Origin: Amoebidium appalachense
Taxonomy: Eukaryota; Protista; Ichthyosporea
NCBI GenBank assembly: GCA_963693365.1
Contig: CAVNZM010000005.1
Span: forward strand, 12,175,728 to 12,239,727
Reading direction: 5' to 3'
Length of the DNA stretch: 64,000 nucleotides
A program made the position numbers and the translations under genes. This document shows, one piece after another, positions 54,934-64,000 of this stretch. A model generated the notes under the pieces. It did no database searches, was not told where the DNA came from, and was given only the letters and a program-made list of their open reading frames with translations. Numbering within the stretch: position 1 is the first letter of the stretch; every line of letters begins with the position of its first letter.

Positions 54934-56049
54934 AAAAAAAAAAAAGAAACGACCTGAAGTCCTACAGAGGCACACAGCCCCACAGAAACACGCACAGATG
55001 CACACATTCATAAGCTCACTCATAACATTAGAGGCACACCACAATACAATCACATAGCATCTAACTACATCCAAACAAGGGGGGAAAGGGGAGGGGTTGG
55101 GGTGAGGAGGGGAGGGAGGTGGGGGGGGGGGGGGGGGGGGGGGGTACAATGACATGCAAGACACGGTGCGGGGTATAGAATCTCACACGACCCTGGAGGA
55201 AGGGGAAAAGGGGGGAGGAAGGGGGGAAGAAGGGGGGGGAGGGGGGGGGGGTTTACTTGTTGCTTCCGGGGCCATAACGATCAAATTGTCGTAAGCCCTC
55301 TCACCGTAACTGTAGACATCGTTTGTTCTGTCCTTCACAGTTTTGAATGTAATGCTGTGGCCCCGCTCTGCACAAAAAAAAAAAAAAAAAAAAAAAAAAC
55401 TGGTCAGAAAACTTCATGGGAACGTGGACAGGTGGGGTTGGAAAGAAGAGAAAGCCGAGGGGGGGAAAGGGGATAACATAACCTGTGGACACAAAAGGCC
55501 GGATTGTTTCCTCTTCATGTGTTCTTTTATACATCGTCACTTCAACTTTGAAAACTTTTTTAGCTTGATGTTTGCTCTTATGATTGCTATTATTGGGCGG
55601 AGGGCTCATGAAGTAATATTAGGAACCTGGTTGTCTCTTAATGTGAACCTCTCAACTGTGTGTTCTTACATAAGTTTTAAAACAACAACTGTCGCGTGCC
55701 CGCTTTTCTCAATGCCCTTTGGACAGGCAGCCAGGTATGCTTGTGTTCGTGCGTGCAGGGCCGGGGGCAGAGGGGGGAGGGGGGGGGGGGGGGAGCGAGG
55801 GGGTTAGGGGCCGAGAGGGGGGGGGGGGGGGAAGGGAAGCAGGGGGGAAAGGGGAGGGGGGGGAGGGACGGGGGTCCGGGGGGGGAGGGGGGTGGAGGGG
55901 GGGGAGGGGGGGAGGGGGGGGGTGGATATACCTTCGAGTGCCTTGAAAAACTTTGAGTGTGAGGTTTTGACGGCATCGCTGGAAAGAACAGCCAAAGTCT
56001 TGGCACCTTCCGTCACAGCACCGGCCACAAGGGCAAGGCACAGGCCCAC
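48447..56049 (-). CDS. DDOST: Oligosaccharyltransferase subunit OST48/WBP1; at least 9 exons, start exon further right and not resolved
   Basis: SHSKFFKALE; YGERAYDNLIVMAP; FMDDGGNVL; AMQARNSARLLLVGS; WTFREKAVLR; FRLPDVYGLFTFK|VNYHRTGYT; RFLVGAYPYYVSAFSM followed by a TM helix and a lysine-rich tail. Confidence 0.95.
48908..49355 (-). mobile_element. Two tandem poly(C)-associated elements in the last DDOST intron (subfamily 2 at 49074-49355; diverged copy at 48908-49036)
   Basis: Match to 4548-4723 and 46274-46523; separated by a homopolymer run. Confidence 0.8.
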
Positions 56050-56067
56050 CTGGGGGAGCATGGTGGC

Positions 56068-56099
<32 letters not shown>

Positions 56100-56115
56100 G
56101 TGTGTGTGTATGTGT

Positions 56116-56186
<71 letters not shown>

Positions 56187-56583
56187 CGCAAGTAATGAAT
56201 GAATTAGTGTTTGGCATTCCCGTACCTGTGCACGACGCCAAATTCATAGGGTGGTGGATTGGTGGTCCGTTTAGGTGTGTTAAAGAAAGAGAAAAGAAAA
56301 TACTTTGACTTGTCCACTTAAAGTAATAGGATAGACGTGATCCTTGTCATAGGCAGACGACACCAACCACACGAGACTCTATTGCAAGCACAGAATATTT
56401 TGCGCATTACAGCAATACAAGTAAACCTCGTAGGCGAGTGACATGCTTGTGTGTCTCTGTTCTTAGAGCACCACACTGCACATATCTGTCTCCCGCCCCT
56501 TCTGTTTCGGTCTACACATGTAATACATGCATTGCGTCAAGTCTGTTCAAGTATGCTCAACGGCCTGTAAATCGTGTGTGAGT

Positions 56584-56647
<64 letters not shown>

Positions 56648-57950
56648 GTGTGTGTGTGCACGCTGGCATGCACGCAAGCACACGTGAGCGTGTGCACGTC
56701 AGGTAGTACCAAGCAACAGTGTGTTTGTATGAGCCGGGAAGGGGTTGTGGCCAGCGCACCATATGTGGGGCCAGTGCGCCGTATGTGTGCCATGTATGTG
56801 CGTGTGTGATGTGTACGTGTGTGCGTGTGCACGTGTGTGTGCGTGTGTGTGCGCGCGCTTGTGTGCTGTGTGTGCCGGGGGTGTATGTTTGTGCATGCTC
56901 GTGAAAGAGTATGTAGTGTGTGTGTACGTGTGTATATATAGATGTGTGTGTGTGGTGCATTGAAAGTGTGTGTGTACGTGTATATATTGATGTGTGTGTG
57001 TGGTGTCTACACATAAGCTCCCTCGTTTAGATGTATGGTCTTTGTTTCTCAACATCTTTTGCCTAGTCGATGCCTCCGCTATATATGCACGCTGATCAGA
57101 TTTAGGCGAGACGTTGGCACACCTCTCTCTCGTTACTGGACCCTCAAAGAACGAACATGCCAAGAACTGCTCTCGTCTATCGTAATCCTAGAGTCGATGT
57201 GACTTAACAAGAGCCGAAAAGACCCACTTAGCCTCCGTTCAAAAGCCAAAGTGTCCGCATGACAAACGATAACTCACCTCGTAATGTAAAGCGAGAACTA
57301 AACTGATAGCCCACGCTGATGTTTCCTTCGCTTTTCAGTCTACTACTCCCTCCCTCAACCTCAGACTGTCCAAAAATTCCGGTTGCCAGGGTTTATTTGG
57401 TGGTGCCCCGCTGTGATTGGCTCAACTGAGCCCGCCTTGAATTATTGATAAAAATAGAAAGCCAATCAAACGTTTTTTATCATATCTTTTGAATTGCCGA
57501 AAAGTACAGGATTGTCTGTGTGTCTCGGCAAGAATCCTGCATGATCCGTTATGTCATTGTCCCAGCTGCTAGCGCTAGGCACCTGAGAAAAGAGGACACC
57601 TTAGCTTTCGTTGTATTTTTATTATCCGTTTCTATAGCCGCTGATGATGATGTGCCAAAAATACGAAGTCGAGAGAAGCATGAGTGTATGTTGAATTCAG
57701 TGGATGTGGCCATGCACCTGCATGCGGAGATACTACTGGACAGTGCCTGCACGTGCCATGTCCGTGTCGACATCACGGTGACTGCACAGACACAGGAGCT
57801 AGGAACCCAAATGTGTAGGCGCAATCCCCCACACATCACATCATCTGAACAGCATTTTTCTGCAGACCTTCACTAATTTTCCATAAGCAAGGAAAGCGTT
57901 TATATATTTAGATCCAGAGCGTAGCTTGCATAGGCCACAGCTATGAGATT

Positions 57951-58027
57951 TGGCGACGGCTTGGGGACTCGAACCTCAATCCTCACGGCTGTGAGCTGGG
58001 AGCTCTGACCGCTAAGCTACAATAAAA
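57951..58027 (-). pseudogene. tRNA-like sequence (pseudogene or tRNA-SINE head), apparent anticodon CAC
   Basis: GTAGCTTAGCGGTCAGAGC (A box/D arm), GGTTCGAGTCC (B box/T arm) and a genomic CCA. The 5' acceptor strand does not pair and the anticodon stem is weak. Confidence 0.65.
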
Positions 58028-58333
58028 GGTACGCGCGCTGATGGCTGATCCCATCATGCGACTTTTGTTCCATTCGAGTAATCAAGTACATAGCGTATAC
58101 AGAGCGGATCTGTATGTAAGCGGGCACGCAAACGGCGCGAGTTTACATGGGGTTGGGAAACAGGGAAACAAGGAAACGTTCATTTTTCCTTTTTCTGAAG
58201 TGATATCGACACAGAACAATGTCACCAAGGGGGAAAAGCCGAAAAGCGACCGACTTTACTGTGTATATATTTCATATTTTGTTAACACTCTACTACGGTA
58301 GACACTTGACACCCTTTTGAAAACACCTCATTC

Positions 58334-58723
58334 ATGGCACTCGCAAGTGTATAACACCTAAATACATATTACCTTCCTGTAGAACTGGTCTTTCTCTAGC
58401 TGATGGTATTATTGATCAATTACCACGCTTTTACTGTACACGTGCTATACAGTGGAGATCTAATAAGTATAAGGTGGCATCATTTGCATGCCCAAACAAC
58501 ACACACACACACCAGTTTAACCGGTCATGTATCGCCAAATGTAGTTTGATAGACCACATAATACCGCAACACACACACGTCACATTCACAACAGACACCC
58601 AGAAAGATAGCCTACCTGTAAATTACAACATCCTTGATTTTATACTAAACACGCGTAACTACGACCTGTTTATTAGATGTATTGATTGGCTTGAGAAACA
58701 CATCACTACAAAATTATAGCGCA

Positions 58724-58790
<67 letters not shown>

Positions 58791-58822
58791 CCAGCTGATA
58801 CCGAGTGTCCCGAGGGGAGCCC

Positions 58823-58872
<50 letters not shown>

Positions 58873-59066
58873 GGGGAACCCCAACTAATTGATTTCTCCT
58901 TGTAGTCTTTATGGTGTCTCGTAGAGAAAGTAAACCCTGATATATAGTCACCACCCGACATCTATGTACGTGATCATGATATACCGCTGAGGGGATATTC
59001 CGAGCAAAACCCCCCCCCATACCTGAGACTGGCTCTCTTTGCCTCGAGTAAACAGCGTAAACCCCT
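58334..59066 (+). mobile_element. Second, more 5'-truncated copy of the LINE at 27497-29197
   Basis: Near-identical to 28461-29197. Confidence 0.95.
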
Positions 59067-59183
59067 TATGTATATATTCCTACTTTTTTGGTGTTTTATT
59101 ATTTCTTTGACACTCACCTACGGTAGATGCTTGAAACCTTTAAAAAGATCTCTTTCTTATTCATCGTGTGAAATCCTTTCGAA

Positions 59184-59678
59184 CTACGAACTCTTCTTTG
59201 CCATTTGCACTGAATTTGCCAGCACCTGTCCTACCGTTCTCACTGCCGCAAGGATGACCCCGACGGTCACAGCAAGAACACACGAGGGTGCCATGGATGT
59301 CGGCGGGCGGATGAGTTCCAAATATAGAAAGTAGCCAACTGCAGCACATCCAACGACGGAGAGGCCCTGGAAAACTTTCATAAGGCCGTCGTTTTTCTTG
59401 GATAGGCTCCGGTGTCCAAGAAACCACGTCGCAGCGAAAAACGCAACTGTGGCCCAGCCGAAAGGCATCGTTTCAAGTGTGTTTTCCTTGGCAAGAATGT
59501 AAGGTTTGCCGAGAAAATAGAAAGTGTTACCTACAATGGCAATAAGATATGTGCGAAGCATGGCTTGGAGTTTTGCCCGTGCAAGGGCGGCCGCTTGAAA
59601 CCTGCTTTCAACAACATGGCGACTCTTGAAGTCGGCACCATCTGTGCCCGTTGGGCGAATTCCCTTTGAGCTGTCCAT
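59184..59678 (-). CDS. JAGN1: Jagunal homologue (ER membrane protein), intronless CDS
   Basis: N-terminal GIRPTGTDGADFKSRHVV resembles the jagunal GTDGSDF motif; four hydrophobic segments; C-terminal KKSS (KKxx). Confidence 0.82.
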   Translation of the reverse strand: MDSSKGIRPTGTDGADFKSRHVVESRFQAAALARAKLQAMLRTYLIAIVGNTFYFLGKPYILAKENTLETMPFGWATVAFFAATWFLGHRSLSKKNDGLMKVFQGLSVVGCAAVGYFLYLELIRPPTSMAPSCVLAVTVGVILAAVRTVGQVLANSVQMAKKSS

Positions 59679-60235
59679 GTTTTTGAGTGCAGTGGAGAGC
59701 AGTGGCAAGTATCCAAGTGTGTCATGCGTATGTCGTGAGGTTTTGTGACGTTTACTCGCTCGTGCACGGCCAAAGCAACGTGTGTGTGTGTGTGTGTTCG
59801 TGAGGTTACAGTAATAAACTGTGTGCCAGAGACACTCTATATCATGATATGCATCCATCAAGGATGCACAACTTCTTCGGAACTCAAAGTTTCGCCACCA
59901 AGGCTTCCTATTTCGCGCCAAACTTTCGCACCATGGTGACAGGTTCGGGTCGAGACCAGATGACATTCGGGTTCTACATGGCGACACAGGTCACTACACC
60001 GCACACACCCCTGGCCGCTATCCGGCACATGTTACATCTGTACGTGACAACATGGCTGGCGCCTTGCGAATAGGCTTATTAAGGACGGGTTCAGAGTCGC
60101 GCAGCAGCAAGCTTTTTCTTCATTTCTTTTATGTCATTTTGTTTCTGTAATTTTCTTTTTCCCTTTTTTTTTTTTTTTTTTTTTTTGTTGTTGTTGTTGT
60201 TGTACATGTTGTTGTAGTTTTTTTTTTTTTTTTTT

Positions 60236-60302
<67 letters not shown>

Positions 60303-60864
60303 GGGGGGGTCGGGCGGGCCCGGAGGAGGAGCAGGCTCAAGTTCTTCTTTGATGCACATGTACAGCTATTAGCCCGTGCTGCTAGTAATATCGGTGGCGG
60401 TGCACTATTTGAAATCAATTGTAATGTGCACGTCAGTGGTGCTTGTGGCTTCACCACCGGTACCAGTGGTTGCAGGGCCCCACGGCCGCGTGTGGGAACA
60501 TGTGACTGAGCGTGTGTGTGTGTGTTTTCAAAAAAACGGGGGGGGGGGGGGGGGGGGGGTCGGGGGGACGGGCGTGTGCTTTTGCGGTAATGGCAATGGA
60601 GGAGGCCAGGGGATCCGGAAAGGCCGGGGAGGAATTGAACCAACGAATGTAACCGGGAGGCTTTCAGTGTCCGACTCGAATCCGGATCCCCCGAATTCGA
60701 TTTGTGAACTTTCTACTTAATTGCCGAGGGACTCATATTACCTGCATGCCATGTAAAGTGCCATGCATATGCTAAATTTCGTTGTTTTGCCAAGTGTATT
60801 CCTGTATGTAACACAACACACTGACATATCATAATCATAATGACACATCCTCAACCGGCTGACT

Positions 60865-61017
60865 TTTTAAAAAATATCAAATATTAATGCATCTCCAACC
60901 AAAAACACCGTCGCTCTAAGGCCCAGCCCATCTCGAGACTTACTTAAAAATTATCAAATATTCATGCATCTTCAACCAAAAACACCGTCGCTCTAAGGCC
61001 CAGCCCATCTCAGAGTC
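60865..61017. repeat. ~77-bp tandem duplication
   Basis: TATCAAATATT.ATGCATCT.CAACCAAAAACACCGTCGCTCTAAGGCCCAGCCCATCTC occurs twice. Confidence 0.9.
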
Positions 61018-61591
61018 GCATATGATATGTACATGTAGGTTCCATCACGACCTGTCAGGCTTTATGACGTATATAAATGCTTGTGAAATCAAATGTCACC
61101 GGATTCGTATTCTACACCTTCACATGCATGGGGCCAGATGCCATCTGCTAACACCTGGTTCTATTCTACGTGCGACAAACATTCGTTAAATGATTTGATC
61201 CATCATATAAATATATACACATCATAAGCATAATCACACAAAATCAGTACACTGATTATCATTCCCCCAAAGCCACGTAACAAAAATTTAACAAAACATC
61301 TTTCGTAGAGATTTAATGCTCAATTCACAAGCACACGCCTCACACACAAGCTACACGCACGCGCGCGCACACACACACACGCACACACACTGAGTCTCAC
61401 CACCTTTTAAAACTCCCCCTCAGCGCATATACTGCATCCACCAGGCCGGCGCAGGTTGTTTTTCCTTCTGCTCTGTGGTCATCTGCAAACACAAACAAAA
61501 AACACTGTGAATTGTATGTACATACCCGCTTGTGCAAAAGGCTAAAGGGAAGAGGCATTTTCCATGTGAGTGTAGCTCTCCAAATAATTAA

Positions 61592-62057
61592 GGTAGCTGG
61601 AACCATGCAATTGGGGCAATCGATCTTCGGGCCAAACTCATATGAAAAACAGGGTTACATCGAGAGTAAAAAGGTACCAGGGATATGCGCTAGGTATCAT
61701 TTTTGCATGATAATTATGAAAGTAGTGTTTTCTTCAAACGCTCAGTACAAAAAAATTATAACTCAATTGGTTCAGCGTCAGTGACCGAAAAACGAAATGA
61801 CCAAATCTGGTACGTTTTACATAGTACTAAAACGTACCAGATTTGGTCATTTTGGTTTTCGGTCGCTGACGCTGAACCAATTGAGTTATATTTTTTTTGT
61901 ACTGAGCGTTTGAAGAAAGCACTGTTTTGCTAATTATCATGCAAAAATGATAGCTCTAGCGCATATCCCTGGGACCTTTTTACTCTCGATGTAACCCTGT
62001 TTTTCATAGAACTTTGGCCCGGAGATCGATCGTCGCAATCCCATGATTCCAGCTACG
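61592..62057. mobile_element. Foldback MITE (near-complete ~465-bp palindrome), Kolobok-like left end
   Basis: Arms of ~230 bp centred near 61825. Left junction TTAA|GGTAGCTGG; right CCAGCTACGTT (degenerate). Confidence 0.8.
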
Positions 62058-62290
62058 TTGTTACCAACCGATGTGTAAGGGGTAAGCATGAGCCACTAGG
62101 GGCCCATGCAAGCCCAACCCTGAAGCACGAAAAAAAGGAAGGACGGAGGGCAAGGAGTTGTAAATTCGACCGCTTTGGAATGTCCAGAATTGCGCCCACG
62201 ATCTTCTTCCTCAGCATACCCTCGACTGTTAATCATCTCTCTTGGAATGTGGGTCCCGCGTTTTTTTCTTTTTTTCTTTCTTTTTTTTTT

Positions 62291-62354
<64 letters not shown>

Positions 62355-62496
62355 AAGGGGGGGTGGTGGGGGCTGAACTGCTAATCGCAAATTTGCGATC
62401 TGCAAAGAAACATGCAGCGAGAGGGAGAAACCGTGGGACAGAGCACGGGCAGAAGGGGTGGGGCGAGTTGGGGTGGGGTGGCTAGGGGGTTCGCGA

Positions 62497-62527
62497 CTAT
62501 GTGTTTTGTGTGTCTGTGTGTGTGACT

Positions 62528-62558
<31 letters not shown>

Positions 62559-63373
62559 GGGTTGTTGTTGTTGGTTGTTGTTGTTGTTGGTTGTTGTTGT
62601 TGTTACAAACCTTCCCCTGTGGATCTTTGTCCCCCTTTTCCGACTTTATTGTTGACTCTGTAGCGGAGGGGGAGGATTTTTGCTCGGACTTGACGTCAGG
62701 TGGAGCAGCTGGGGATGTCTCCGTGAGGATGGCCTCGGCAAGGTTGCTATAAGCAGTAGAAGTAGGAGTGGAGGGGGGTTCAATAATTTCCTCTTCGGAG
62801 GGGTATTCGATGATTTCTTCTTGGAAGGGGGGTTCAATGGCTTGATTTTCACAGGGGACCTGCTCGGCCTTGGTGGAAGATGCGTCAACAGGTGGGGGTG
62901 AGTCGGGAATTTCGATCACTTCGGGGGGGTTCGTTGTGGATGGCTTGGCCATGGGGGGTTGGGTGGTGACTGAGGCCCTCCGATCCAACTGTCTTCCTGC
63001 TTGCTTGGTGGCTGTGGATGGGAGAAATGTATTTTGTGAATACCCGGACAACTTTATTGTGAAAGTTTAGGATTGGGATTTAAAGACTTGTATCCATTGT
63101 GCCTTCAGAATATTCAGAATATGACTATAATGGAATCAACGTCCCAGAAAACGGACAGTATGATGTCATTGGTCTTGCCTATATATGGCGAGAAATTGTC
63201 ATAGAAAGGAACCCTGGATGAGCCAGGTTAGATTGTAAGACCCTGCACTGTTGGCAAGGTCACCCACGGGAGAGGAGAAGGGGAGAAGGGGGGGAAGGGT
63301 TTGACCCTTTAACGCGGATTAAAAAAACTAAAAATACCGAAGCCTCATGCATTTGGGCTTGTTGCCCGAAAAA

Positions 63374-63405
<32 letters not shown>

Positions 63406-63459
63406 CCCATCCGCGCGCCTGCATGCGTGAATGTGTGTGTGTGGGCGTGCATGTGTGAG

Positions 63460-63546
<87 letters not shown>

Positions 63547-63925
63547 CGCCTGTGTGCATGCTTGTGCTTGTGCGGGTGCATGTGCGCAGCGCACACGTGT
63601 TCGGAATGTCACTCCTGTGTCTTAACGACTTGCCGTTGAAACGGGGGTGGTGGAGAGAAGAGGCCTTCCTTGCACGTATAATCACTAAGTGTGAGGGAAA
63701 AGCACACGGGGGGCGGGCCGGGGGGGGGGGGGGGGGGGGGGGGGGGAGGGTTAAATTGTTCACACCTGCTGGTGGCCGGGGACCACTCGCGCCTACGGGC
63801 TGGGTGGTGGCGGAGGAATTTTCCAATCCAGTCCTTGGTTTGGAGGCTGTGTGTGGGAGAGACCGATAGTCGTTAAAAGGCTGACACCTGCCAGCCACCT
63901 CATCGTAAAAGCTAAAGATCAACAA
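62497..63925 (-). CDS. Pro/Glu/Ser-rich low-complexity coding segments of an unidentified, possibly degenerate gene entering from the right edge
   Basis: Open protein-like stretch at 62497-63051 (EVIEIPDSPP, EEIIE repeats) and exon-like ~63766-63890; no domain recognised. Confidence 0.35.
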
Positions 63926-64000
63926 ACATTTTCCAACATGGTTGTGGTGTGACTGTCACAGATAAAGAACGTTAAACCAACCACCGCTTCTCCCATTTTA

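Noticed and set aside
57520-57876. Overlapping 118-aa and 96-aa ORFs
   Set aside because: No recognisable motif or splice support.

Overview
Eukaryotic, intron-rich genomic DNA full of long poly(G)/poly(C) runs and (CA)n/(GA)n microsatellites; most ORFs in the track are artefacts of these repeats. Animal-like JAGN1 and GOLGA7 homologues, a PDZ protein and a minor-spliceosome intron suggest an opisthokont, possibly a unicellular holozoan (inference). Host genes: an oligopeptidase-B-like S9A peptidase (first exon), a GOLGA7/ERF4 homologue with a GC-AG and a U12-type AT-AC intron, a multi-pass membrane protein, a PDZ ORF, an unknown spliced gene, OST48/WBP1 (DDOST) and jagunal. Mobile DNA: a three-layer nest in which a young chromodomain Ty3/Gypsy element sits in a solo LTR that itself splits a spliced transposase-like gene; three LINE RT fragments, two of them inside a CCCAG-ended element family; and two MITE-like elements. 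The most striking unexplained signal is a dispersed non-coding family of about 10 or more copies. The copies are variably 5'-truncated, share a 3' end, mostly sit in poly(C) tracts, and fold into a covarying multi-stem structure with a pseudoknot-like pairing. The longest copy adjoins further structured, ORF-poor sequence at 46.3-48.0 kb. All homology calls are from motif recognition by eye, not database searches.
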